A DNA stretch of 64,000 bases, taken from NCBI GenBank assembly GCA_965279075.1, contig CBDIHI010000007.1, forward strand, positions 155,870-219,869, written 5' to 3'. The DNA is from Burkholderiales bacterium. Lineage in GTDB: Bacteria; Pseudomonadota; Gammaproteobacteria; Burkholderiales; SG8-39. The notes beneath the pieces are model-generated. The model did no database searches, had not been told where the DNA came from, and worked only from the letters and a program-made list of their open reading frames with translations. Below are positions 11,681-21,166 of this stretch, one piece after another (position 1 is the stretch's first letter; the number at the start of each line of letters is the position of its first letter). The position numbers were made by a program, and so were the translations under genes.

Positions 11681-12565
11681 CTAAGACCCCCGGCGCGCCA
11701 CGTAGATCCCCACCAGCACCACCGCCCCTCCCGCCACCTGCAGCGCCACCAGCGGCTCCCCCAGCAGCACCCACGCAAAAACGCCCGCCATCACAGGCTG
11801 CAGCAGCAGGCTGACCGACGAGAACGACGCGGGAAGGTGGGCGAGCGCGTACGCGATGAGCCCCTGCCCGCAAGCGTGTGAGATGAGAGCGATGCCGATG
11901 AGTTTCCACCAGCCGGCAGTGCTCACCGGGAGCATCTGCTCCCCGGTCGCAAGCGCAATCGGCAGCAGCATCAGTGCTGTGAGCGTGGTGGTCACCGCCA
12001 TCAGCCTGAGCGCCCCCAGCCCCCGGTCGCGCAGGCTTTTCACGTTGAGCAGGTACCAGGCGTAGAACAGCGCGGTGATGACCCCGAACGCGTCGCCCAG
12101 CAACGCGGTGCGCGAGAAAGCGACGCTGGTGCTGACCAGCATGCCCACGCCGGCCAGCGCCGTAACCAGCCCGGCGAGGAACAAGCGCGTGGGCTTCTGC
12201 CGGAAGAGGATCCAAGCGGCGAGCGTGACGAAGATCGCCGCGAGGTTGGCGAGCAGCGTGGAATTGGCCACCGAAGTCAGCTTGACCGAGAAGTGCCAGA
12301 AGACGAGGTCGCCGGTGAACGCGGCGGCGGCGGAGACGAGCAGCCAGAACGGCGGTTTGGTTGAAGCAGGCGCTTCGCTGCCGCGGCCGAAAGCCGCATA
12401 CATCAGCCACAAGGCCGGCACCGCCAGCGCGACCCGCCAGAACGCCGTCGCCGTAGGCCCGGTCTCGGATACGCGCACGAAAATGGGCGACAGGGCGATG
12501 CAGACCGCGCCCAGCAGCAGCGCGGCCAGGGCGAGCCCCTCGCGAGGGCGGATTGTGGGGCGCAT
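11681..12565 (-). CDS. EamA/DMT family transporter
   Basis: The 294-aa portion beginning MRPTIRP has 10 hydrophobic segments and a duplicated EamA-like pattern. The upstream part of the 609-aa track ORF is antisense to dnaE and was rejected. Confidence 0.85.
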   Translation of the reverse strand: MRPTIRPREGLALAALLLGAVCIALSPIFVRVSETGPTATAFWRVALAVPALWLMYAAFGRGSEAPASTKPPFWLLVSAAAAFTGDLVFWHFSVKLTSVANSTLLANLAAIFVTLAAWILFRQKPTRLFLAGLVTALAGVGMLVSTSVAFSRTALLGDAFGVITALFYAWYLLNVKSLRDRGLGALRLMAVTTTLTALMLLPIALATGEQMLPVSTAGWWKLIGIALISHACGQGLIAYALAHLPASFSSVSLLLQPVMAGVFAWVLLGEPLVALQVAGGAVVLVGIYVARRGS

Positions 12566-12622
12566 TGCGGCAATTATCGCAGCGCCGGCCGGAGGTGCGG
12601 GTGGTAAAATTTTCGCGCCCCC

Positions 12623-15600
12623 ATGAATACGCCCCCGCGCTTCGTCCACCTCCGGCTGCACAGCGAATATTCGGTGACGGACGGCATCGTCCGCATCGAC
12701 GAAGCGGTCGCGCATGCGGCGGCGGACGGCATGCCGGCGCTCGCGATCACGGACGCCGGCAACCTGTTCGGGATGGTGAAGTTCTACAAGGCGGCCCGCG
12801 GCAGCGGCCTGAAGCCGGTGGTCGGCGCCGACTGCTGGGTGCAGAACGGCACCGACCGCGACAAGCCTTCCCGCATCCTCCTGCTGGTGGCCTCCCATGC
12901 CGGCTACCTTAGGCTGTGCGAGCTGCTGTCGCGCGCGTGGCTTTCCAACCAGCATCGCGCGCGCGCCGAGATCGACAAGGCCTGGCTGAAGGAAGGCGGC
13001 ACCGAAGGCCTGATCGCGCTGTCGGGCGCCGGGGGCGGCGACGTGGGGCAGGCGCTCGCGTCGAACAACCTGCCCGCGGCCGAGGCGCTCGCGGCGGAGT
13101 GGGCGGCGCTGTTCCCGAAGCGCTTCTACCTCGAGCTGCAGCGCGCGGCGCTGCCGCAGACCGAGACGCTGGTCGCCCGTACGGTGACGCTCGCGACCCG
13201 GCTGAAGCTGCCCGTGGTGGCGACCCACCCGGTGCAGTTCATCGCGAAGGACGACTACAAGGCGCACGAGGCGCGCGTCTGCATCTCGCAGGGCTACGTG
13301 CTCGGCGACCAGCGTCGCCCGAAGCAGTTCACGCCCGAGCAGTACTTCAAGACCCAGGACGAGATGGCGCAGCTGTTCGCCGACATCCCGCAGGCGCTGG
13401 AGAACTCGGTCGAGATCGCGCGGCGCTGCAGCCTGTCGGTGGAGTTGGGCAAGTCGAAGCTGCCCGTGTTCCCGACGCCGAAGGGCGAGACGATCGAGGA
13501 CTACCTGCACCAGCAGAGCGAGCAGGGCCTGGACACGCGGCTGCAGAAGCTCTTCCCGGACCCGGCCGAGCGCGAAACAAAGGCGCCAATTTACCGCGCG
13601 CGCCTAGAGTTCGAGATCAGGACCATCCTGCAGATGGGCTTTCCGGGCTACTTCCTGATCGTGGCCGACTTCATCAACTGGGCCAAGAACAACGGCGTCC
13701 CGGTCGGTCCGGGCCGCGGCTCGGGCGCTGGGTCGCTGGTCGCGTATTCGCTCGGCATCACCGACCTCGACCCGCTGCGCTACGAGCTGCTGTTCGAGCG
13801 CTTCCTGAACCCGGAGCGCGTGTCGATGCCCGACTTCGACATCGACTTCTGCCAGGACGGCCGCGACAAGGTGATCGGCTACGTGCGCGAGAAATACGGC
13901 GCGGCGAGCGTTTCGCAGATCGCCACTTTCGGGACGATGGCGGCGCGCGCAGTGGTGCGCGACTGCGGCCGGGTGCTCGACCTCGGCTACAACTTCTGCG
14001 ACCAGATCGCCAAGCTCATCCCCTTCCAGCCGGGCAAGACGATCACGCTGCAGATGGCGCGCGAGATGGAGCCGTTGCTGGCCGAGCGGGAGCAGAAGGA
14101 GGACGAGGTCCGGGAGCTCCTCGAGCTCGGCGGGAAGCTCGAGGGCCTCACGCGCAACGTCGGCATGCACGCGGGCGGCGTGCTGATCGCGCCGGGCAAG
14201 CTGACGGACTTCTGCCCGCTGTACGCGGCGGAGGGCACCGAGAACGTGATCTCGCAGCTCGACAAGGACGACGTCGAGGCGGTCGGCCTCGTCAAGTTCG
14301 ACTTCCTCGGGCTGACGACGCTGACCGTGCTCGACTGGGCCGTGCGGTACGTGAAGCTGCTCGGCGAAACGGGCTTCGACCTCGAGAAGGTGCCGCTCGA
14401 CGACCAGGCCAGCTACCAGCTGCTCGCCGCGGGCAACACCGCCGCGGTGTTCCAGCTGGAATCCTCCGGCATGCGCGACATGATCAGGAAGGCGAAGCCC
14501 GACCGCTTCGAGGACATCATCGCGCTGGTCGCGCTGTACCGCCCCGGCCCGATGGACCTGATCCCGGACTTCATCGATCGCAAGCACGGCAAGCGCTTCG
14601 AGTACCTGCACCCCCTGCTCGAGCCCATCCTCGAGCCGACCTACGGGATCATGGTCTACCAGGAGCAGGTGATGCAGGCCGCGCAGGTCTGCGCCGGGTA
14701 CTCGCTGGGCGGCGCGGACCTGCTGCGCCGCGCGATGGGCAAGAAGAATGCCGAGGAGATGGCCCAGCAGCGCGAGATCTTCGTCACCGGCGCGAAGCAG
14801 AAGGAGATCGGCGCGAACAAGGCGAACGAGATCTTCGACTACATGGAGAAGTTCGCCGGCTACGGCTTCAACAAGTCCCACGCAGCCGCCTACGCGCTCG
14901 TCGCGTACCACACGGCCTACCTGAAGGCGCACCACCCGTCGGCGTTCATGGCGGCCAACTTCTCGGCCATCATGGACGACACCGACAAGGTGCGTTCCAT
15001 CCACAAGGACTGCGTGGCCAACGGCCTCGTGATCCTGCCGCCCGACGTGAACGCCTCCGACTACCGCTTCACGCCGGTGGACGCGAAGACCATCAGGTAC
15101 GGCCTGGGCGGGATCCGCGGCACGGGCCGCTCGGCGATCGAGGCGATCCTCGCGACGCGAAAGTCGGATGGCTCCTTCAAGGGCCTGTTCGACTTCTGCC
15201 GCCGCGTGGACAAGCGGGTCGTGAACCGGCGCGCGATCGAGGCGATGGTGCGCGCCGGCGCGTTCGACAACATCGACGCCAACCGCGCGAGCATGCTCGC
15301 CTCGGTCGGCCTCGCCATGGAGGCGGCCGAGCAGGACGAGCGCCAGGCCTCGCAGGAAAGCCTCTTCGGCGACCCCTCCGAGTCGCGGGGCGCGGCGTTC
15401 AAGCTGGTCGAGACGCGGCCCTGGGACATGAAGCAGCGCCTGATCGAGGAAAAGGCCGCGCTCGGGTTCACGCTCTCGGGACACCTCTTCAACGCGTACG
15501 CCAACGACCTGCAGGGATTTTCGCGCACGCCGCTCGCCAAGCTCGCGCCGGTGCAGGGCACCGCGTGGCTGGCCGGCGTGATCGCCGGGGTGCGCGTGCA

Positions 15601-16096
15601 GATGACGCGGCGCGGCAAGATGGTCGTGCTGACGCTGGACGACGGCACTGCGCAGGTCGAGGTCACCGTGTTCAACGAGCTGTACGACCGGCACCGCGAC
15701 AAGCTGAAGGAGGACGCCCTGCTGGTCGCGGTCTGCAAGGTGCAGGTCCCGCGCGACGAATCGTTCGGCGGGCTGAGGATCTCGGCGGAGGACCTGCTCG
15801 ACCTGTCCGCGCTGCGCGCCCGGTACGCGCAGAAGCTGAGGCTCGACATCAACGGCCAGGCCGACGCGAAGAAGCTGAAAAACTACCTTGCGCCTTTCAA
15901 GGTAGGCGGGACGACTGCGGGCGCAGGCGGCGGCTGCCCGGTGGTCGTCCACTACCACAACGGGTCGGCCGAAGTCGACGTGGCCCTCGGTGCGGACTGG
16001 CGGGTGCGGCCGGACGACCAGCTGCTGGCGCAACTGGAGGACTGGCTGTCGCCGGCGGGGGTCAGGGTGGTCTATTCGTTCGCTTCGCCGGGATGA
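12623..16096 (+). CDS. dnaE: DNA polymerase III subunit alpha
   Basis: 1157 aa. The N-terminal PHP domain begins FVHLRLHSEYS, and the palm region has PDFDIDF. Confidence 0.98.
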   Translation: MNTPPRFVHLRLHSEYSVTDGIVRIDEAVAHAAADGMPALAITDAGNLFGMVKFYKAARGSGLKPVVGADCWVQNGTDRDKPSRILLLVASHAGYLRLCELLSRAWLSNQHRARAEIDKAWLKEGGTEGLIALSGAGGGDVGQALASNNLPAAEALAAEWAALFPKRFYLELQRAALPQTETLVARTVTLATRLKLPVVATHPVQFIAKDDYKAHEARVCISQGYVLGDQRRPKQFTPEQYFKTQDEMAQLFADIPQALENSVEIARRCSLSVELGKSKLPVFPTPKGETIEDYLHQQSEQGLDTRLQKLFPDPAERETKAPIYRARLEFEIRTILQMGFPGYFLIVADFINWAKNNGVPVGPGRGSGAGSLVAYSLGITDLDPLRYELLFERFLNPERVSMPDFDIDFCQDGRDKVIGYVREKYGAASVSQIATFGTMAARAVVRDCGRVLDLGYNFCDQIAKLIPFQPGKTITLQMAREMEPLLAEREQKEDEVRELLELGGKLEGLTRNVGMHAGGVLIAPGKLTDFCPLYAAEGTENVISQLDKDDVEAVGLVKFDFLGLTTLTVLDWAVRYVKLLGETGFDLEKVPLDDQASYQLLAAGNTAAVFQLESSGMRDMIRKAKPDRFEDIIALVALYRPGPMDLIPDFIDRKHGKRFEYLHPLLEPILEPTYGIMVYQEQVMQAAQVCAGYSLGGADLLRRAMGKKNAEEMAQQREIFVTGAKQKEIGANKANEIFDYMEKFAGYGFNKSHAAAYALVAYHTAYLKAHHPSAFMAANFSAIMDDTDKVRSIHKDCVANGLVILPPDVNASDYRFTPVDAKTIRYGLGGIRGTGRSAIEAILATRKSDGSFKGLFDFCRRVDKRVVNRRAIEAMVRAGAFDNIDANRASMLASVGLAMEAAEQDERQASQESLFGDPSESRGAAFKLVETRPWDMKQRLIEEKAALGFTLSGHLFNAYANDLQGFSRTPLAKLAPVQGTAWLAGVIAGVRVQMTRRGKMVVLTLDDGTAQVEVTVFNELYDRHRDKLKEDALLVAVCKVQVPRDESFGGLRISAEDLLDLSALRARYAQKLRLDINGQADAKKLKNYLAPFKVGGTTAGAGGGCPVVVHYHNGSAEVDVALGADWRVRPDDQLLAQLEDWLSPAGVRVVYSFASPG

Positions 16097-16198
16097 TTGT
16101 CGCGGTTTGACCTAGGTCAATCCATGGTTCGCGCGGCGTCCCAGAATGGGGAATCGAGCGGCCGGCCTGCGCTCCCGCACCAACCCAAAGGAAACCAC

Positions 16199-16597
16199 AT
16201 GTCCCACCTCCACGCGGTCGTCTGGCTCGACCACAGCGAAGCCCACGTGATGCATATCGGCAAGGACGACGTGGAGAAGTTCACGGCGCACGCTTCCGAC
16301 AAGCACCCGCACCTGCACCACAAGCGGGGAGCGACCGGGTCCGGCCACCGGGGCGAGGACGCGGCCTACTTCGATTCGGTCGTGAAGCTTCTGGGCGATT
16401 CGCAGGAGATCCTGCTCGTCGGCCCGGGCAGCGCCAAGCTCGAGCTCGTCAAGCACCTCAAGCACCTCCACAAGCATCACGCCGGGATGGTAGGCCGGGT
16501 AATGGGCGTGGAGAGCGCCGACCACCCGACCGACGCCCAGGTCGTGGCGCACGCGCGCAAGTACTTCGCGGCCAAGGACCAGATGCTCGGTCGCTAG
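16199..16597 (+). CDS. Hypothetical His-rich 132-aa protein
   Basis: The ATG is preceded by AAGGAAAC. His-rich strings are present (HPHLHHKRG, HLKHLHKHH). No family could be assigned with confidence. Confidence 0.5.
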   Translation: MSHLHAVVWLDHSEAHVMHIGKDDVEKFTAHASDKHPHLHHKRGATGSGHRGEDAAYFDSVVKLLGDSQEILLVGPGSAKLELVKHLKHLHKHHAGMVGRVMGVESADHPTDAQVVAHARKYFAAKDQMLGR

Positions 16598-16616
16598 CCC
16601 CGCCTTCCAAGGACCG

Positions 16617-17600
16617 CTATTCGGTCGCCCGGATGTTGCGGTCCTTCGCGATCTTCGAATAGGTGTCGTACTCGGACTTCAGGAAGGCCGCGAATTCGGT
16701 GGTCGTGTCGCCCACCGGCTCCACGCCCTGCGACAGCAGCTTCTCGCGCATCGCGGGCTCCCGGACGATCTTGCCGATCTCCGCGGCAATCCGGTCGATC
16801 ACGGCCTGCGGCGTCTTCGCGGGCATGTACACGCCCATCCAGTTGGTGAACCGGTAACCCTTCATCCCGGGCAGTTCCGCGACCGTGGCCACGTCGGGCA
16901 TCGCCGAGGAGCGCTTTTCGCTCGTCACCGCGAGGATGCGGAGCTTGCCGCTCTTCGCGTGCGGCACCGTGGGCGGCATGCCGACGATGCCCACGGGGAC
17001 CTGCCCGCCAAGGAGGTCCGTGACCGCCGGCGCCGCGCCGCGATACGGGACGTGCACCAGGGCGATCCCGGCCAGCGCGTTGAGCGACTCGCCCGCAAAC
17101 TGCATCGAGCTGCCCGTGCCTGGCGTACCGTACGAGTACTTGCCCGGCGAGGCTTTCGCGAGCGCGATGAATTCCGCCAGCGTTTTCGCAGGCACCGATG
17201 GGTGCGCCGCAATCACGAGCGGCGTCTCGCCGATCAGCGTCACCGGGGCGAGGTCGCGGGCCGGGTCGTAATTGACCTTCTGCCCGACGATCGGCCCGAC
17301 CAGGACTTCGGCCGGCGAGGCGACGAGGAAGGTGTAGCCGTCAGGTGCGCTCTTGGCGACGATGTCCGCGCCGATCGTCCCGGAAGCGCCGCCGCGGTTG
17401 TCGATGACCATGCTGGTCTTGAGCACTTCGCCCAGGCGCTGCGCGACTGAGCGGGAGACGAAATCCACGCCCCCGCCGGGCGGGTAGGGGACGACAACGC
17501 GAATCGGCTTTTCCGGCCACGCTTGCGCAAAAGCCGGGATGTTGAGCGCGGCGCCGGCCGCGAGCGTCGCGCCTAGCGCGAGTGCCTTGATCGTCTTCAT
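16617..17600 (-). CDS. Bug/TctC-family tripartite tricarboxylate transporter substrate-binding protein
   Basis: Signal peptide MKTIKALALGATLAAGAALNIPAFAQA is followed by WPEKPIRVVVPYPPGGG. Confidence 0.9.
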   Translation of the reverse strand: MKTIKALALGATLAAGAALNIPAFAQAWPEKPIRVVVPYPPGGGVDFVSRSVAQRLGEVLKTSMVIDNRGGASGTIGADIVAKSAPDGYTFLVASPAEVLVGPIVGQKVNYDPARDLAPVTLIGETPLVIAAHPSVPAKTLAEFIALAKASPGKYSYGTPGTGSSMQFAGESLNALAGIALVHVPYRGAAPAVTDLLGGQVPVGIVGMPPTVPHAKSGKLRILAVTSEKRSSAMPDVATVAELPGMKGYRFTNWMGVYMPAKTPQAVIDRIAAEIGKIVREPAMREKLLSQGVEPVGDTTTEFAAFLKSEYDTYSKIAKDRNIRATE

Positions 17601-17634
17601 TGTCCCCTCCTGGGATCGGTCTGTTTTATTGTGG

Positions 17635-19089
17635 TTACTGGAAATCTGCTGCAAAGCCGGGCGCGGGCGTGAAGCCGAGGTCGCCGCGCGCGATGACCGC
17701 CTCGCGTCCGCCGTTGGCCGCGAGCAGCTCGGCCTGGCGCGCCTTGGCCCGCCGGTCGACGTCCTCCGGATCGCAGATCGCGTAGAGTTTTGCGCGGCAC
17801 TCGGCAAGCACGGCCGCGTGCTTCGGGTCGGCGCCGAGGTCGGTGATCTCGTCCGGGTCCGTGTCGAGGTCGAACAACTGCGCCGGGTACTTGGCGTAGT
17901 GCACGTACTTCCAGCGGCCGTTGCGGATCGCGAACGCACCGGTGGTCGTGCCCATGCCGTGGTACTCGGAGAGCACGGTGCGCGCGGGCGTAGCCCCGGC
18001 GGCGATGTCGATGAGGGACACCCCCGGATGCGTGTCCTTCACCGAGTCGAACGGCACGCCGGCCGTCTCGACGATCGTCGGGTAGCAGTCGACGTGGCTG
18101 ACCGGCGTGTCGATGCGCTTGCCGACGGGGATCCCGGGCCCGGCGAGGATCAGCGGCACGCCGGCGATCTCGTCGAACATCGTCGACTTGCCCCACAGTC
18201 CGCGCGAGCCGAGGTTGTCGCCGTGGTCGCTGGTGTACATGACGCGCGTGTTCGCGGCGAGACCCGATTCGTCGAGGGCGCGCAGCACCTTGCCGATGTT
18301 CTCGTCCACGTAGGAAACGAGCCCGAAGTAGCCGGCGATCGCGCGTTTCACGTCCGCCTCGGACTCGAAGTAGTCGTCGTAGCAGAACGAATTGCGGTAG
18401 TCCTCGAGGTAGGGGTGGCGCGGGCGCTGCTCGCGGGCGTAGAGCTTGGGCATCGGCAGGTCGCGGTTCCAGTACTTGTAGTAGTGCTCGGGCGGCGCCG
18501 TGAGGGGGAAGTGGGGCGCGACGAACGACACGAACAGCACCCAGGGCTTGTCCTCGTCCTGCGTCCCCTGCTCACGCAGCCACACCTGCGCACGCGAGCA
18601 GATCTCCTTGTCGTAGAACGTGTAGGGCGATTCGCCGGGGCCCGCCATCTTCGCCATCTTGGTGGCGCCGCCGCGGCGGGGGAGGTCCTCCCGCACGAGT
18701 CCCATGAGGTCGCCCTTGCCGTCGATGATGTGCATGGGGATCTGCTCTTCGGTGAAGCCGTGGTCTTCACCCGGCAGGCGGAAATGCAGCTTGCCGATGG
18801 AGGTCACGCGGTGGCCGCGGCTGCGCAATACGTGGTGCCAGGACGGGGTCGTGCCGTCGTAGGCGTCGGCGTTGTCCCAGAAGCCGATCTGGTGGATGTA
18901 TTTCCCGCAGGCGAATCCCGCGCGTGCCGGGATGCACACCGGGCTGGTCGTGTAGGCGCTGGTGAAGGTCGTGCCGCGTGCCGCGAGCGCATCGAGGTTG
19001 GGCGTCTGCACGACCGGGTGCCCGGCGTACCCCGCAACCTTGGGGTTATGCTCGTCGGACATGATTACGAGAAAATTAGGCGCTTTCAC
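17635..19089 (-). CDS. Sulfatase family protein (Cys-type, no signal peptide)
   Basis: Carries NFLVIMSDEHN and the formylglycine motif SPVCIPARAG (C-x-P-x-R). The GTG start is preceded by GGAGA at a 5-nt spacing. Confidence 0.85.
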   Translation of the reverse strand: MKAPNFLVIMSDEHNPKVAGYAGHPVVQTPNLDALAARGTTFTSAYTTSPVCIPARAGFACGKYIHQIGFWDNADAYDGTTPSWHHVLRSRGHRVTSIGKLHFRLPGEDHGFTEEQIPMHIIDGKGDLMGLVREDLPRRGGATKMAKMAGPGESPYTFYDKEICSRAQVWLREQGTQDEDKPWVLFVSFVAPHFPLTAPPEHYYKYWNRDLPMPKLYAREQRPRHPYLEDYRNSFCYDDYFESEADVKRAIAGYFGLVSYVDENIGKVLRALDESGLAANTRVMYTSDHGDNLGSRGLWGKSTMFDEIAGVPLILAGPGIPVGKRIDTPVSHVDCYPTIVETAGVPFDSVKDTHPGVSLIDIAAGATPARTVLSEYHGMGTTTGAFAIRNGRWKYVHYAKYPAQLFDLDTDPDEITDLGADPKHAAVLAECRAKLYAICDPEDVDRRAKARQAELLAANGGREAVIARGDLGFTPAPGFAADFQ

Positions 19090-19140
19090 TGGGTCTCCTG
19101 GGAAGGTGGCAGGGGAGAAGTCCTGCACCGATTGCTTCAA

Positions 19141-19152
19141 TACTATATAGTA
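19141..19152. promoter_or_regulatory. Perfect 12-bp palindrome TACTATATAGTA. Candidate GntR/HutC-type operator in the sulfatase/gntR divergent region.
   Basis: The palindrome was read directly and ends 8 nt before the gntR ATG (19161). It has an AT core in a GC-rich genome. Confidence 0.4.
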
Positions 19153-19160
19153 ACTCGACC

Positions 19161-19964
19161 ATGCCGCAAGCTGCACTGCACAACCCAGGAGACCTCGTCG
19201 CCCGCCTCGAGCGGCACGCCCGCGCCGGGATGCCGAAGTACGTCGCCCTGCGGGATGCGGTGGTGGAGGCCGTGACCAGCGGCACCTGGCCCGCAGGCAT
19301 GCGGCTGCCCACCGAGTCGGAGTGGGCCGCGCAGCTGCCGATTGCGCTGGGCACCATCCAGCGCGCGCTGCGCATGCTGGTGGAAGAGGGCGTGATCGTT
19401 CGCCGGCAGGGGCAGGGATCGTTCGTCGCGGAGCGTCACGTGGGGCGCATGCACGCGCCGCTGCATTGCCGGTTCGTCGACGACAGCGGCGAAGCCTACC
19501 TGCCGGTGTATCCCGAAGTGGTCGCTCGCGTCACCGACGCGAGCCCGGGCCCGTGGTCCCTGCACCTCGGCACGAGCGGCCCGTTGCGCATAGAACGCGT
19601 ACTGCGCATCGCGGACGAATTCAGGGTGTACAGCCGGTTCTGGGCCGACCCGGAGCGGCTGCCTGCGCTGGCGAGCCTGTCGGAGAAGAAACTCTCGGGC
19701 GAGAACTTCAAGGAGATCATCTGGCGCGAACTGCGCCAGCCGGTCGGGCGCATCTCGCAGTTCCTATCCATGGCGACGATCCCGGCCGAGGTCTGTGCGC
19801 ACGTCGGCGTCAAGCGCGGCACACGCGGGCAGTTCCTCGAAGTGTCCGCCTTTACGGGGCGCGGCAGCCCGATCTACTACCAGGAACTGTGGATCCCGCC
19901 CAACGGCCGGCGGTTGCATCTCGCGGTGGACGACAAGGATCCGGGGCTGGGCGAGGCGGGCTGA
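19161..19964 (+). CDS. GntR family (HutC/UTRA-type) transcriptional regulator
   Basis: The N-terminal wHTH has LPTESEWAAQLPIALGTIQRALRMLVEEGVIVRRQGQGSFV, followed by a UTRA-like C-terminal half. Confidence 0.85.
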   Translation: MPQAALHNPGDLVARLERHARAGMPKYVALRDAVVEAVTSGTWPAGMRLPTESEWAAQLPIALGTIQRALRMLVEEGVIVRRQGQGSFVAERHVGRMHAPLHCRFVDDSGEAYLPVYPEVVARVTDASPGPWSLHLGTSGPLRIERVLRIADEFRVYSRFWADPERLPALASLSEKKLSGENFKEIIWRELRQPVGRISQFLSMATIPAEVCAHVGVKRGTRGQFLEVSAFTGRGSPIYYQELWIPPNGRRLHLAVDDKDPGLGEAG

Positions 19965-20072
19965 GGCCGGGCGCATGTCGCAGTGCGTCAACCGATCCGC
20001 GGCAGGCGCGTTAATGGCGGGGTAGCAAAGGCGAAATTCCTTCGCCTTCATCCACTTGAAAGGTTTCCCCGA

Positions 20073-20396
20073 ATGAACAAGATCATCGCCGCCCTGGTTG
20101 CGGGCCTGTTTGCCACCTCCGTGTTCGCCCAGGCCGCCGCGCCTGCCGCAGCCCCCGCCGCCGCGCCCGCCAAGGCGGAAGCCAAGGCCGAAGTGAAGGC
20201 CGACGACAAGGCGAAGGCCAAGGCCGAAGCGAAAGCCGCGAAAGAGAAAGCCGCCGCCGAGAAGAAAGAAGCCAAGGCCAAGGCCGCCGCGGATAAGAAA
20301 GCCGCCAACGAAAAGGCCAAGGCCGAGAAAGCCGCCGCCAAGCCGCAAGCCAAGGCCGACGCGAAGGTCGAAGCGAAGGTCGAAGCCAAGAAGTAA
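20073..20396 (+). CDS. Secreted Ala/Lys/Glu-rich low-complexity protein
   Basis: Signal peptide MNKIIAALVAGLFATSVFAQA is followed by about 85 aa of (A/K/E/D) repeats. A strong terminator follows. Confidence 0.6.
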   Translation: MNKIIAALVAGLFATSVFAQAAAPAAAPAAAPAKAEAKAEVKADDKAKAKAEAKAAKEKAAAEKKEAKAKAAADKKAANEKAKAEKAAAKPQAKADAKVEAKVEAKK

Positions 20397-20411
20397 TCGC
20401 TCTTCAGGCAG

Positions 20412-20447
20412 TAAAAAAGGGACAGGCTTGCCTGTCCCTTTTTTTTT
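20412..20447 (+). terminator. Rho-independent terminator with a bidirectional shape (A-run, GGGACAGG-cttg-CCTGTCCC, T9)
   Basis: Perfect 8-bp GC-rich stem, 4-nt loop and a 9-T tail, read directly. Confidence 0.75.
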
Positions 20448-20530
20448 GCAGGCATGCGGGCAACCAGTGCCTGGCGGGTCCGGCGGGCCATTGGCCTTTG
20501 TGCCAATATGCCGGGACGGACATACGGCCC

Positions 20531-21166
20531 ATGAACCATCGCATCCTCATCGTCGACGACCATCCGCTGTACCGCGAGGGCATGTTGGGCGCGCTGCGCA
20601 CGCAACTCGGCGGCGTGGAGGTGCTGGCGGCCGGCAGCGCCGAGGAAGGGCTGGAGGTCCTCGCCGGCGACGCGAACATCGACCTCGCGCTGATCGACAT
20701 CCGCCTGCCGGGGATGGACGGGTTTCACGCCCTGGGGGCCTATGGGCAGCGGTTCCCTTCGGTCGCCTGCATGCTCCTGTCCGGCGTGGACGACCCGGAG
20801 CTGGCGCGGCAGGCCATGGAGGCAGGCGCGTCGGGGTTCATCTACAAGTCGATGTCCGTTGCCGAGGTGTGCGCCGCGATCCAGTGCGCGCTCAGCGGCG
20901 GGATATTCACGCCGCGGCCGCCGGCGCAGGACCGTACGGCACCGGAGGCCGGGGTGTCGCTCACGCTGCGCCAACTTGAAGTCCTCGGCCTGCTCGGCGA
21001 AGGTCGTGCCAACCGCGACATCGCCCATGCGCTGGAGATCACCGAGCGCACTGCTAAGGCGCACGTGGCTGCGATCCTCAAGGCGCTTGGTGTCGAGAAC
21101 CGCACGCAGGCCGCTCTCGCGGCCCGGCAAATGGGGGTCACGACGGCGAAGTACGGGCCGGCGTGA
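20531..21166 (+). CDS. NarL/LuxR-family response regulator
   Basis: Receiver (ILIVDDHPL, LALIDIRLPGMDG) plus a LuxR HTH (LTLRQLEVLGLLGEGRANRDIAHALEITERTAKAHV). Confidence 0.9.
   Translation: MNHRILIVDDHPLYREGMLGALRTQLGGVEVLAAGSAEEGLEVLAGDANIDLALIDIRLPGMDGFHALGAYGQRFPSVACMLLSGVDDPELARQAMEAGASGFIYKSMSVAEVCAAIQCALSGGIFTPRPPAQDRTAPEAGVSLTLRQLEVLGLLGEGRANRDIAHALEITERTAKAHVAAILKALGVENRTQAALAARQMGVTTAKYGPA

Noticed and set aside
12916-16110. 1064-aa + strand alternative-frame ORF, plus the 809-aa minus-strand ORF (13604..16033), both inside dnaE
   Set aside because: dnaE in the 12623 frame is unambiguous (PHP domain, polymerase core). The competing frames are Arg/Gly/Pro-rich artefacts.
17539-19275. 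578-aa + strand ORF antisense to the sulfatase
   Set aside because: It is antisense to an ORF with the sulfatase C-x-P-x-R motif, and its composition is artefactual.
20130-20396. Periodic gcc-aag-gcc / gaa-gcg repeats that could be mistaken for a tandem repeat or CRISPR-like array
   Set aside because: The period is 3-9 nt and imperfect, and it is entirely in-frame within the A/K/E-rich secreted protein. There is no repeat-spacer architecture.
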